64,000 nt of DNA from an uncultured Verrucomicrobiae bacterium (GTDB taxonomy: Bacteria; Verrucomicrobiota; Verrucomicrobiia; Chthoniobacterales; UBA10450), in NCBI GenBank assembly GCA_963815455.1, contig CAWFGO010000001.1, forward strand, positions 1,216,001 through 1,280,000, in the 5' to 3' direction. Of the stretch, positions 10,925 to 20,803 are shown piece by piece. The notes below the pieces were generated by a model. It saw nothing but the letters and a program-made list of their open reading frames with translations. It had not been told where the DNA came from and made no database searches. The stretch's first letter is position 1. Each line of letters starts with the position of its first letter. The position numbers were made by a program, and so were the translations under genes.

Positions 10925-11062
10925 TGTCATCCTGAGCGCAGCGAAGGACCTCGCGATTAAGCACAGCGCTCGCGATCAAACAAGCGATCATGCTTCACTA
11001 TTGCTCGATCCGTTTCCCCGCCTGTGCGAGATCCCTCGTCGTCTACGCGACTCGGGACGACA
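10925..11062. repeat. Palindromic repeat family A
   Basis: TGTCATCCTGAGCGCAGCGAAGGACCTCGC...GCGAGATCCCTCGTCGTCTACGCGACTCGGGACGACA. Confidence 0.85.
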
Positions 11063-11066
11063 CAAT

Positions 11067-12807
11067 TTACATCTTCTCCGGCACTTTGATCCCGAGAAGA
11101 TCGAGCCCACATTGCAGAACGCGCGCAGTCAACTCGCACACCGCCAGTCGCGAGCTCCGCGCCGGTTCTTCCGATTTCAAAACCGGACACGCTTCGTAAA
11201 ACGCATGGAAACGCGTTAGCCAGCTCGAACAAATAGTTCGCCAGAACGTTCGGCCGAAAATCGTTCAGCACCTGCGGAACCGTTTCGGCGAACTGGCAAA
11301 GGCGCTTTGCCAGATTGATCTCAGCCAGTTCGCCCAGAACAAGTGGCATGTGCTTCCAGCCCATGTCCTCATCGGCAGGATGCCGATGCCACGTCCCGCC
11401 CGCCTTGCGAAAAATCGATCGAATTCGCACATAGGCGTTCTGCAAATAGGGCGCGGTGTTCCCCTGAAACGAAAGCATTTTGTCCCAGGAAAAAACGTAA
11501 TCGGTCATCCGGTATTGCGACAGATCGCCATATTTCACCGCGCCGATCCCAATTCTTTGGGCGATGTCGATCTTCTCCGCCTCGCTTAATTCGGGATTCT
11601 TTTCTTCAACGATCTTACGGGCGCGCTTGCAGGCCTCATCGAGAACGTCGCGCAGCGGCACGTTGTCGCCCGAGCGCGTTTTCATCAACTTGCGGTCTTC
11701 GCCCAGAATGCTGCCGAACGTGATATGGCGAAAATCGGCCGTGTATCCTTCGCGGCGCGCAATCGCGAAGATCTGTTTGAAATGCAGACTCTGCGGCGCG
11801 CCCACCACATACCAGACCGTGTCGGCTTTCAAATCATTGACGCGATAATCGACCGTCGCGATGTCGCTGGTGGCGTAATTGAATCCGCCATCCCGTTTGC
11901 GAATGATGCACGGTTTATCCGCCAGCTCGGGGATATCGGGAAAAAAAACGACGACCGCGTCTTCACTTTCCTCGGCGATTTTGGACTTGAGCAAACGATC
12001 CACGACGCCGGGCAACCGGTCGTTGTAAAAGCTTTCGCCGTTTTGAATGTCATAATGAATATCGAGCAGCTTGTAGGTCCGCTCGAAATCTTTCATGGAG
12101 AGATCGACGCACTGTTTCCAGATCGACAAATTTTCGGCGTCGCCGGCCTGAAGCTTCACCAGTTCCTGCCGGCAGGCTTCGCGCACGGCCGGATCGGTTG
12201 TCGATCTTTCGTTCGTCTCCTTGTAAATGCGGACCAGCTCGGCGATCGGGTCGGGCTCGAGCGCCTTTCGATCCAGCAAATGCTTCCAGCCGTAGATCAC
12301 CATCCCGAACTGAGTTCCCCAGTCGCCGATGTGATTGTCGCGAATCACTTCGTGACCGAGAAACGTCGCGATCCGGGCCAGCGCGTCGCCTAGAACGATG
12401 CTCCGAATATGGCCAATGTGCATCGGCTTGGCCACGTTGGGCGATCCGAAATCGATCACGACTCTTCGGGGCGATGTCGATGCTGCCACGCCGAGGCGAT
12501 CGTCGCCTAAAACGGCGGCGGCTTGTTTCGTAATCGCTTCGGTGCGCAAGGCAAAATTGATGAAACCCGCGCCAGCCACAGTGGGCGTGTCACAAATTTC
12601 GCCAACATCGAAGTGCTCGATAATTTTCTTCGCAATCTCTCTCGGATTTTCGCCGCGTTGTTTGGCCAGCACCATGGCGGCGTTCGTTTGATAATCGCCA
12701 AAGCGCGGGTCGGCCGCCTGCGTGACTTCGCCCGCGGCCGGAGGCAAGCCCGCCCTGGACAGCGCGTCGCTCAATCGCTTGGCAAGAATTGTTTGGAACG
12801 TTTCCAT
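11067..12807 (-). CDS. argS: Arginine--tRNA ligase; one apparent frameshift near 11210
   Basis: [22 protein letters not shown] and KTRSG motifs; removing one base restores the C-terminus [11 protein letters not shown]...[13 protein letters not shown]. Confidence 0.93.
11343..11392. repeat. REP-like palindromic doublet inside argS
   Basis: GTGGCATGTGCTTCCAGCCCATG-TCCT-CATCGGCAGGATGCCGATGCCAC: two internal hairpins with GTGGCAT/ATGCCAC inverted ends. Confidence 0.75.
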
Positions 12808-12858
12808 GAAAATTTAAGGAACTGTAGCCGGTTCGTTGCGCGAAGCGAGAATAGCGCT

Positions 12859-12953
12859 TGTCATCCCGAGCGGAGTCGAGGGATCCCGTCGAGCCGCCTC
12901 TAGATCATGCCGCGGGATTTCTTCGACTCCGCTTCGCTGCGCTCAGAATGTCA
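12859..12953. repeat. Palindromic repeat family A
   Basis: TGTCATCCCGAGCGGAGTCGAGGGATCCC...TTCGACTCCGCTTCGCTGCGCTCAGAATGTCA. Confidence 0.8.
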
Positions 12954-12960
12954 GCAGCAA

Positions 12961-13428
12961 CTACGTTTTCTGCGAGCCCTCGCGGAAGATCGACAGGATT
13001 TCCTCAGACGATTTCGCAGTGGCCAGATTTTCGCGAACGGTGCGGTCGTTCAGAAACTTCGCGATCGAAGCGAGCGTCCGCAGATGCGTTTGAAATTGAT
13101 TTTTCGGGACAATGAAAAGGACGACAAATTTCACCGGCGCATTATCGAGCGCGTCGAACTCGATGCCGGTTGTCGATCTTCCAAATGCCGCGACCACCTC
13201 TTCCAGCCGGTCGGACGAGCAATGGGGGATGGCGATGCCAAAGCCGATCCCGGTGCTCATGGTTTCCTCGCGTTGTTTGAGCGCGGCCAGAATGGAGTCG
13301 CGATCCGGGGCTTTGATTTTGCCAAGATCGACAAGCAAGTCGATCAGCTCCACGATGGCCGGCCAACGCTCGGTTGCCTTCATCTCCGGGATGATTTGCT
13401 CGGCGGAAAGTAGGTTGGCCAACGACAT
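12961..13428 (-). CDS. PTS EIIA (fructose/mannitol/Ntr family) domain protein
   Basis: RE..MSTGIGFGIAIPH phosphorylation-site motif. Confidence 0.9.
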   Translation of the reverse strand: MSLANLLSAEQIIPEMKATERWPAIVELIDLLVDLGKIKAPDRDSILAALKQREETMSTGIGFGIAIPHCSSDRLEEVVAAFGRSTTGIEFDALDNAPVKFVVLFIVPKNQFQTHLRTLASIAKFLNDRTVRENLATAKSSEEILSIFREGSQKT

Positions 13429-13507
13429 GCGAGTTTTCTCGGGCGGGGAGGGCAAGCTTAGCGGGGGCGCTTGGGTTGACAAGCGCGTTTTGGGCGGCTT
13501 AGCGGCA

Positions 13508-14210
13508 TCAGGAATCCTGCATTTTATAGTTCAATCGTCGCGACAGCAGCCAGCGGACGCCGAACATGTCGATGGTGGCGCGCAACGCGCGATTGCCCAG
13601 GCCGTATTTGCTCTGGCCGAAGCGGCGGGCCCGGTGGTTTACCGGAATTTCAACCAGCCGGAAGCCGGCGCCTTTGACCAGCGCGGGGATAAACCGATGC
13701 ATCCCTTTGAACGGCACGAGCGCGTCGATGCATTCGCGTCGCATGGCTTTCAATGTGCAACCCGTATCGCGCACGCCGTCATGGGTGAACCGGCTGCGAA
13801 CGGCATTTGCAATCCGGCTCGTTAGCCGTTTGAGGAGTGTATCCTTGCGATTTTCGCGGTAACCGCAGACGAGATCCGCGCCACGCTGGATTTCGGCGAG
13901 CAACTTCGGAATATCGGCGGGATCGTTCTGCAAATCGCCGTCGATGAGGATTGCGGTCGCGCCACGCGCGGCCTGAAGCCCGGCATAGATCGCCGCGCTT
14001 TGCCCGGCGTTTTTCTCGAACCGAATCACGCGAACATTCGGCGCGGTTTCGATTCTTTCGACAGTGCGATCGGTCGAACCATCATCGACAAAAATAATCT
14101 CGTGATCGAGTCCTACCGAGAGCTGCGCGCAACTCCGATTGCAGGATCGACATGTTCTCTTCCTCATTGAAGAGGGGAACGACCACCGAGATTTCCGGAG
14201 AAGTTGTCAT
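13508..14210 (-). CDS. GT2 polyprenyl-phosphate glycosyltransferase (ArnC-like); frameshift near 14117
   Basis: ISVVVPLFNEEEN in one frame, then FVDDGSTD, DGDLQNDP and HRFIPAL in another. Confidence 0.85.
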
Positions 14211-14215
14211 CGGAG

Positions 14216-15796
14216 TCACAACGGGAGGGTCCGATAACTTCGGCAGAGGAAAACTCGCCACGTCCGGACAACCGTGCCGTAGCGCCGCACCTCGATTGTC
14301 CCAACGGTCTCCACCGATTGAAACCCGGCGCTAATGTTGTGCGGAGACACGGTCTTTTATTCCATCGCGGATGAAAAGCGCGCTGCGCCCGACGAACAGA
14401 TTCACGCCGTTCTCTTCGGTATAGACTTGATCGCGCGGGCGCGTCTCGTCCGGCTTCACTTCTACAAATTCATCGTAGCGCGGCCAGAAGGAAAATTGAT
14501 TAACCATGTCCTGCGATTCGGGGATGTAAACCGGCGGGTGCCCCGGCCCTTCCCGGCGTTTATCGCGCAGATAAAATGAAATCTCCGATGCGCGATCGCG
14601 GGCATCGGCAATCAGAAACAATTTCTCGCCCAGTTTCGTTTCCATTTCGTTGCGCATCTCTTCCAGCGCGCCGGTGGCGGATTTCCAGCCCGCGCATCCG
14701 GTCGCTCGGATCGCTCCGCCACAATTTCAAGCCGGCGCTGCGGACCAGATCGGTATCGAGGGCGAGCATGCTCATGAGAAGGCCAAGCGCCAGCGCGACC
14801 CCGGTGCAAATCCGCAAAGCCGCGCGCTCTTCAACCCGTTCCCGCCAGAAATAAATCGCCAGTAATCCAAAACTCAGCATGGCCAGCGCGTCCCAATTCG
14901 GCGCGGCGGCCTTGTTGATGGAGAGAAGCAAATAAAAAGCGAAGACCGGGAGACCGAACCAGAAAAGAAAGAGCACCTTGAATTGTTGATTCACCCGGCG
15001 CCAGCTCGCGATCACGGCCCAGGCCAGGGCCAGAAAAAGAAGAGGCGAATAAGCGAGAAAATGTTGGCCGATGAATTTGAGCGGCTCGACCAAATGAAAA
15101 CCGAAACCGTGTTCGACGCCGCCGCGAGAACGCAGATGGATAAGAGTGATCCAGGCGCGCTGGTCGTTCCAAACGATCGGCGGGATGGTGCAGACCAGCG
15201 AACAGGCCCAGCAACACATAGAGACCGGGCCGGCGAAATTCGTGGCGCAGCCGCGGCGCCAGCGCGAGCACCAGAACGACGGAAACGAGTTCGAACGCAT
15301 TCGTATATTTGCAGAGGAAACCGAGCCCAATGAGCAAACCCGTTAGCGGCCAAAACCAGGAGAATCGCGGACTTTGCTCCAGCGCGATCCAAAACGCGAA
15401 CATCGCGGCAACCCAAAAGAAGATCGACAACGGATCGATCGTCATCAGGAACGAGCCGATGTTGAAAATCGGGGTGACGTTCAATGCGATCACCGTCCAC
15501 AGCGCGGCGTTCGCGTTGAACATTCGCCGGGCGAGATAAAACAAAAGAAGGCTCGTCCCCGCCGCCAGCACCGGGCTGAAAAACCGCACCCCGAATTCGT
15601 TGGCGCCGAAGAGCGCGGTGCCGGCACGAATGACAAAGGCAACGCCGGGCCCCTTGCTGAAATAGGCCGGCGCGAGCCGCTCCGACCACATCCAGTAATG
15701 GGCCTCGTCGAATTCGAGATCGCTCGTCGGGAGCATCGACAATCGCACCAGGGTCAGCGCCAGAACAAAAAACCAAACCGCGCGGGTCGTGCTCAT
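14216..15796 (-). CDS. GT39/ArnT-like membrane glycosyltransferase; about three frameshifts
   Basis: DEAHYWMWS, YFSKGPG and GFLCKYT motifs; the protein continues across ORFs 14560-15330 and 14331-14657 and a final frame ending RSYRTLPL*. Confidence 0.8.
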
Positions 15797-16444
15797 TGGG
15801 TAGGATCGACAACCAGACTTGAATGGCGCGCGAAAACCTGCGGCATCCATTTTTTCGCAGCCGTTCGCCAAATCCATTCCAGGATTCCGATGATGATCAA
15901 CGCCTCGCCGGTCGCGAGAAAAAAAGTCGCGATCACGTCGCTCGGCCAATGCGCGCCCAGATAGATTCGCGAGTAACCGACAAGCGCGGCCACGATCCAA
16001 TAAAGCCAGCCGCGTCGCCGGTAAAACAACGTGCAGCAGACTGCGATGGCAGTGTTGTTCGCCATGTGTCCCGATGGGAACGACGGCCCGGACCGGTTCC
16101 GATCGGTCGTATCGGAATAACGAATCGTCGGCTTTTTAAAGAGCGTCAAAATTTTCGGACTGGCCTTTTGCAACTCGACCATGCGCACGCTTTCCGCTTG
16201 TTTCGGACGCCGCCGATCTATCGCCGATTTGAGCGTGCCGGTTACCTGCTCGACAATCAGAACGGTGATAAGGATGCAAACCATGCAGGCGCGCGCCTTG
16301 AACCGGCCGAAAACAAGAACAACGAGCACGGCCGACAATGAGCAGCGGTCTCCATATGGCCGCATCGCTCAAGACGGCCATGAACAAATCCAGCGCGGGA
16401 TTCGTCCATTGCTCATTGATAAGATGAAAGAGGGCTTGGTCCAT
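15793..16444 (-). CDS. PAP2-family phosphatase; frameshift near 16335
   Basis: KxxxxxxRP, SFPSGH and SRIYLGAHWPSD motifs. Confidence 0.88.
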
Positions 16445-16505
16445 GGAGTCGCAAAGAGGCTGGGTTTAAGCTTTAATCACCACCTGCCAATAAACAATGC
16501 CGTAA

Positions 16506-16637
16506 AATGACGAAGCACGAATGACGAATGACGAAACAAATCCGAATGAACGAATGACCAAACCGCGATCCGACGCTTTAGCTTTGTCATTTGGATTTCG
16601 TCATTCCTTCGGGCTTAGTCATTTGTCATTCGTCATT
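16506..16637. repeat. Inverted heptamer-repeat element (GAATGAC / GTCATTC), family C
   Basis: Left arm AATGACGAA...GAATGACGAATGAC; right arm GTCATTTG...GTCATTCGTCATT. Confidence 0.75.
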
Positions 16638-17282
16638 CCTTTCATCTTCTTGGCGTCGGCTCTGGCCGAGCCTCCGCCGTCCGCCCAGGAAATCCTCGCC
16701 ACGGTTCGAATGCGTCAGGCTCAACAGCAGATCGATCTGAACGGCCAGTTGCGTGAAAACGATGTCGTCGTCCCTTTCCAGCTCACGCAAACGGGTCCGG
16801 TCATTCGCTATTTGTTCCAAGATCCCAAAGAGGTTTTGCAATTGCGGCTTCAGGAGAACGATTCGCGACTTGAAGTAGTATCGGACTCCGATACGGAAAA
16901 GATCCCCGCGTCAAAGCTCGATGAGAAAATTCGTGGCACCGGCGTTACCTATGGCGACCTCGCGCTCAAGTTTCTTTACTGGCCGGACGGCAAAGTATTG
17001 GGCGATGAAACCGTGCACGCCCGGAGTTGCTGGAAAGTGCAATTAAAATCTCCGTCGCGGGACTCGCAATATTCGAACGTCTTGATCTGGGCGGACAAGG
17101 ACAGCAGCGCACTAATGCGCATGGAAGGCTACGATTGGAACGGCAAAATCGCGAAGCGCTTTGAAGTTGTCTCCGCGCAGAAGATCGACAATCGCTGGTT
17201 CCTAAAGCAAATGCGCGTGGAAGAATTCCGGCCCGGGACGAACAAGGTGCAGGCGCGAACGTATTTGGAGATTAAAAAATAG
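16521..17282 (+). CDS. Outer-membrane lipoprotein-sorting (LolA-like) protein
   Basis: Signal-like N-terminus, then GTGVTYGDL, YSNVLIWAD and GYDWNGKIAK typical of the LolA-like family. Confidence 0.7.
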   Translation: MTNDETNPNERMTKPRSDALALSFGFRHSFGLSHLSFVIPFIFLASALAEPPPSAQEILATVRMRQAQQQIDLNGQLRENDVVVPFQLTQTGPVIRYLFQDPKEVLQLRLQENDSRLEVVSDSDTEKIPASKLDEKIRGTGVTYGDLALKFLYWPDGKVLGDETVHARSCWKVQLKSPSRDSQYSNVLIWADKDSSALMRMEGYDWNGKIAKRFEVVSAQKIDNRWFLKQMRVEEFRPGTNKVQARTYLEIKK

Positions 17283-17389
17283 CGTAAGCATCTCGCCTGG
17301 CCGGGAGGAGCTTCTGTCAGGCCCGAGGCAGGCCAAATGACGCGCACAACCGAACCTCCGCCCCCCGGTGTTGTGCAAATACACGTGCA

Positions 17390-17417
17390 TTTACACGTTT
17401 ATTCATCTAATTATAGT
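17390..17417 (+). promoter_or_regulatory. Candidate sigma70 promoter overlapping the attI-like site
   Basis: TTTACA (17390-17395), 16-nt spacer, TATAGT (17412-17417). Confidence 0.4.
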
Positions 17418-17422
17418 TAGGT
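17401..17422 (+). other. attI-like recombination site at the head of the cassette array
   Basis: ATTCATCTAATTATAG/TTAGGT; core GTTAGGTCT is the reverse complement of AGACCTAAC that ends cassette 1; no attC stem upstream. Confidence 0.65.
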
Positions 17423-17462
17423 CTTAGGAAACGCCGCGTGAAATCGTCGAGGGACAGTCACT

Positions 17463-17768
17463 GTGGGAGATACTCAGTTCCGGTGGAGTGTGCACCGCCA
17501 ACCGACTTGGGCCACATCGCGTCATGAGCAAATCGGCTTACGTGGGTTAGCGATTCTTGTCGAGCCGGTGGAGGCGAGTCGACGGCAATTGCTCCTGGAG
17601 TTCAGCATTGATCGGTCGCTACACGGTGACATGCCACAGCACCAGCGCTTTCGCATTCCGGACCGTCGTTTGGTCGAGTGTATTGAGAAGGCTGTCGGCG
17701 CAGGCTATGATCCTTCGAGACGTGGAAAACCATTTGTTTATGAGGCCGGACCTCCGTACGAGTTCTAG
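17463..17768 (+). CDS. Cassette 1 hypothetical protein
   Basis: 101 aa ORF filling the interval between the attI-like site and attC1; start uncertain. Confidence 0.65.
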   Translation: MGDTQFRWSVHRQPTWATSRHEQIGLRGLAILVEPVEASRRQLLLEFSIDRSLHGDMPQHQRFRIPDRRLVECIEKAVGAGYDPSRRGKPFVYEAGPPYEF

Positions 17769-17773
17769 CGCAG

Positions 17774-17902
17774 ACCTAACCAGACGATGAAGCTAACGGC
17801 CACTGTCCTGCGTTTTGGTGATGCCTTTCTGGCGGTTACTTTACTTTCACTGCGTTGTGGCCGCTACCCCAGTGGCCGTAGCTTATCTTATTCTCGTTAG
17901 AT
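17774..17902 (+). other. attC site 1
   Basis: R'' ACCTAAC, L'' GATGAAGC, L' GCTTATC, R' GTTAGAT. Confidence 0.92.
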
Positions 17903-17903
17903 C

Positions 17904-18290
17904 ATGAGCAAGCGCGCAACAGAAGATGCCATCCGGAAGGACATCGAAGCGCATCGCCAACGGAACGTTATGCTGGTCCAGCACATCACCAAAAGAGGTG
18001 CCGACACCGCGCGGGAGCGTGACATCGATTGTTTCTTTCACACACGCGGCGAGGATGCCGCCATCACACTGTCGGCATTTTTGCAGTCACGTGGGTTTCG
18101 GGACATTTCCATTGTGGACACCGAGGATGGGGGCGATCACCCGTGGACTGTTCAGGCCGTCCTTACCGGCACAGTAGTCGCCTTTACAGCGGCCGATCGC
18201 ACTGAGGAACTGGTTCGTATCGCAGCAGACCATGACGCACTGTTCGATGGTTGGGGAACACTGCTGGACGAAGTGCCACCGACGATCTAA
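17904..18290 (+). CDS. Cassette 2: RraB-like (ribonuclease E inhibitor domain) protein
   Basis: 128 aa; RDIDCFF...LVRIAADHDALFDGWG pattern; stop TAA lies within R'' of attC2. Confidence 0.65.
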   Translation: MSKRATEDAIRKDIEAHRQRNVMLVQHITKRGADTARERDIDCFFHTRGEDAAITLSAFLQSRGFRDISIVDTEDGGDHPWTVQAVLTGTVVAFTAADRTEELVRIAADHDALFDGWGTLLDEVPPTI

Positions 18291-18409
18291 CCAGACGATG
18301 CAGCGAACGGCTTTCCCGGCATGCGTTTACATTTTGCGATGACTAACATACGCTCACTTCAATTCAGCCTCGGTGTCGAAAGCCGTCGCTGATCTTATTC
18401 TCGTTAGGC
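18285..18409 (+). other. attC site 2
   Basis: ATCTAAC CAGAC GATGCAGC...GCTGATC TTATTCTC GTTAGGC. Confidence 0.92.
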
Positions 18410-18649
18410 GAAGAAGCGAATGACCGTATCGTGACTCACGAATGCACACCGCAATCCGCAGCTGCTGGCAAAAGCCAGTACCTGCTCTCTCCAGCTTCGC
18501 GGGTCCGCTGGATCACACCGAAACCACGTAAAGAAGCCGTCAGTCGTTACCGAGACGCTGCTATAGTCGCTCGCCAGAGATTCGCGTATGCGGTTTCTCA
18601 GCGTTGGGATGCAATCGCTCCACTCATATCCTGTTGTGCTTCTGTTCAT
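18404..18649 (-). CDS. Possible inverted small ORF in cassette 3 (81 aa)
   Basis: MNRSTTGY...VIRFFA; its stop coincides with the TTA of the GTTAGGC core. Confidence 0.4.
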   Translation of the reverse strand: MNRSTTGYEWSDCIPTLRNRIRESLASDYSSVSVTTDGFFTWFRCDPADPRSWREQVLAFASSCGLRCAFVSHDTVIRFFA

Positions 18650-18670
18650 ATCTTGTGTAAGCATCTCGGC

Positions 18671-19252
18671 TTGCTTGCGCGTTCGGCTCTCGATTGCAAG
18701 ATCCTTTTTGTTGTTTTTTTCGCGATTTCCGCCACTGCAGCAAACACATTGATAGCGGGCGAGCCTTACACTGTGCCGAGCAGCGCCCTTACGGACGCAG
18801 CTCGGCAAAATCTCGTCGGTGGCTTCACATACCACCTTCCGCCCGGTTGGTCGCAGAAGAATCTTCCCGGTGCACAGTTCAAGGCAGCATTCGGACGCGA
18901 GGAAGACGGCAATCCCGGAAACATTAGTTTTCAGGTTGCCGCTTTCAGCGGCAGCCTTGGCGAGTTTCAGGCCACGATGTTAAAAGAGATGCCGTCGGTT
19001 TTCTCCAAGATGGGCATTTCGGATTCCCGAGTCGTAAATCAATCGGCATTCGAAACATCCTCAAAGCTGGTTGGCTTGCAGGCAGTCGTCGAGGCTGAGC
19101 GCCTCGACGGGAAGACTGCGCGACAGCTCCTCTATTTCTTCGAGCGGAAGGACGGTCAAAAGATTCTCGTAACTTGCTCGGTCGTGGACGAGGGCACGCG
19201 ATACGATGCGATCTTTGATGCGATCATGAAGACATTCGAGGTCACAAAGTGA
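18671..19252 (+). CDS. Cassette 3: secreted PsbP/DcrB-like protein
   Basis: Hydrophobic signal (KILFVVFFAISATAA), FTYHLPPGW, and C-terminal FDAIMKTFEV; TTG start inferred. Confidence 0.6.
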   Translation: MLARSALDCKILFVVFFAISATAANTLIAGEPYTVPSSALTDAARQNLVGGFTYHLPPGWSQKNLPGAQFKAAFGREEDGNPGNISFQVAAFSGSLGEFQATMLKEMPSVFSKMGISDSRVVNQSAFETSSKLVGLQAVVEAERLDGKTARQLLYFFERKDGQKILVTCSVVDEGTRYDAIFDAIMKTFEVTK

Positions 19253-19265
19253 TTGCCACCCATTC

Positions 19266-19388
19266 GCCTAACCAGACGATGGAGCTAACGGCCACCCGGC
19301 GTATGTTTACCTTTCTCGTGACTTTAACACTATTGCTTCGATCATCGCTCGCTCTCGGTGGCCGTAGCTCATCTTGTTCTCGTTAGAT
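19266..19388 (+). other. attC site 3
   Basis: GCCTAAC CAGAC GATGGAGC...GCTCATC TTGTTCTC GTTAGAT. Confidence 0.92.
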
Positions 19389-19410
19389 GTAATGCAAACT
19401 GTTCGGCGGT

Positions 19411-19794
19411 ATGGAATCCTTCCTTCACTTCGTCATGACATTTGCCGGAGCACTCGCTGCCGCAATCGGGATTTTGCTCGGTGCGATTCTGATTTTTCTC
19501 CTCGTCGTTTGGATCAGCGATAAGATGCCGAGCGCGAACAAGCGTATCCGCAATCAAGCGCTCGGCGGCATTGGCTTGGTGCTATTCGGCTTTCTCATGC
19601 TTTGGAACGCGCGATGGGCACTGTTGCACCATACCATCTTGTTTCGACGCTACCCCTCGTGGGGAAGGTCTGCATGGATGAATCCGTGGCAGGCGATTGC
19701 CGTCGCTGCCATTTGCTTCATCCTCGGAGCGGTCCTCGTGATAGATGCCGTGCGCAAGAAAAGAGAACCAGATGCAAATTTCTCGGCAAATTGA
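19411..19794 (+). CDS. Cassette 4: small membrane protein (about 3 TM segments)
   Basis: 127 aa with three hydrophobic stretches, between attC3 and attC4. Confidence 0.7.
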   Translation: MESFLHFVMTFAGALAAAIGILLGAILIFLLVVWISDKMPSANKRIRNQALGGIGLVLFGFLMLWNARWALLHHTILFRRYPSWGRSAWMNPWQAIAVAAICFILGAVLVIDAVRKKREPDANFSAN

Positions 19795-19803
19795 ACGTCT
19801 CGC

Positions 19804-19927
19804 ATCTAACCAATCGCTCGAGCCAACCGCTGGCCGTCGCGATGTCCACATTTGATTTCATGAAACAGTTCTCGATGTTTGCCATGCTCGCTCTCGCCAG
19901 CGGTGCCTGAGCTCATTCTCGTTAGAC
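19804..19927 (+). other. attC site 4 (divergent variant)
   Basis: ATCTAAC CAATC GCTCGAGC CAACCGCTGGC...GCCAGCGGTG CCTGAGC TCATTCTC GTTAGAC. Confidence 0.88.
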
Positions 19928-19997
19928 CTGTTGGATTGCTCTGCGCGATGAGAAGGCGAAGTGAAAAAGCGCGAATCTTGCGCGAGCGAGCGAAGCC

Positions 19998-20741
19998 ATG
20001 AACGACGTTCCCGATGAAAAGCCGGTGGCAGCTACCTCAGGCGTGGCCCGCCAGCGGCGCGGTCTTGATTGGTCCCAGGCGCTAGTTGAGCTCGCTACGG
20101 TCGTCATCGGCATCTTAATCGCATTAGCGGCGAACAACTGGGCGGAGGGGCGACATAACGCTGCGCTGGAAGCTCGTTATCTGGAGCGACTCCTCGCGGA
20201 CAGCACGGAGAATCTTACCATGCTTCAGGAGAGGATTGATCTGCTGACGCGCCGGACCGACGAACTGACTCGCTTGAGCGGCTGGCTGACAGGCGGAACA
20301 GAGCGTCCCATAGATGCGGAAATTTCGGACGTTCTCTGCCGCTGGTTTATCCAACCAGCCTTACGCCTGCGCCGCGAGACCTACGCCGAACTGGTGAGCA
20401 CGGGTAACCTCTCTCTGCTGCGCGACGTGCCACTGCGCGCACTGCTTGAGCAAGCGGAAACCAGACACGAAGAATTGCTCAGGCTCGATCGCTTTACCGA
20501 TATTCTTCAGCGAGAGACGGAGCCATTGAATCGATATCGCCAGTGGAAAATCGATCCGGGTGCTGGCCCGAAGGTCGGCTGCCGTTTTGATCTCAATGCT
20601 ATGCGCTCTGACCCGGTCATCCCCTCGATCCTCGCCCAGATCTGTCGTGACGAGACTATAAACCGCTCGTTCTGTGAGCAGGAATTGGTCGCAGTCCGCG
20701 CCGTGCGCGACCGTATAACAAGAATGCAATCGCCGCGATGA
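19998..20741 (+). CDS. Cassette 5: single-TM helical protein (DUF6090-like)
   Basis: ELATVVIGILIALAANNW and TYAELVSTGNLSLL patterns. Confidence 0.7.
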   Translation: MNDVPDEKPVAATSGVARQRRGLDWSQALVELATVVIGILIALAANNWAEGRHNAALEARYLERLLADSTENLTMLQERIDLLTRRTDELTRLSGWLTGGTERPIDAEISDVLCRWFIQPALRLRRETYAELVSTGNLSLLRDVPLRALLEQAETRHEELLRLDRFTDILQRETEPLNRYRQWKIDPGAGPKVGCRFDLNAMRSDPVIPSILAQICRDETINRSFCEQELVAVRAVRDRITRMQSPR

Positions 20742-20803
20742 GACTGCTTGCCGAAGTGACAATGGCAGAGCGGGGCGGCCACATTCTGACCAAACACGAA
20801 AAG

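Noticed and set aside
17395..17422. dif (XerCD) site
   Set aside because: TTATAGTTAGG only loosely resembles the XerD arm and no XerC arm is present; the complementarity with cassette 1 favours an attI-like site.
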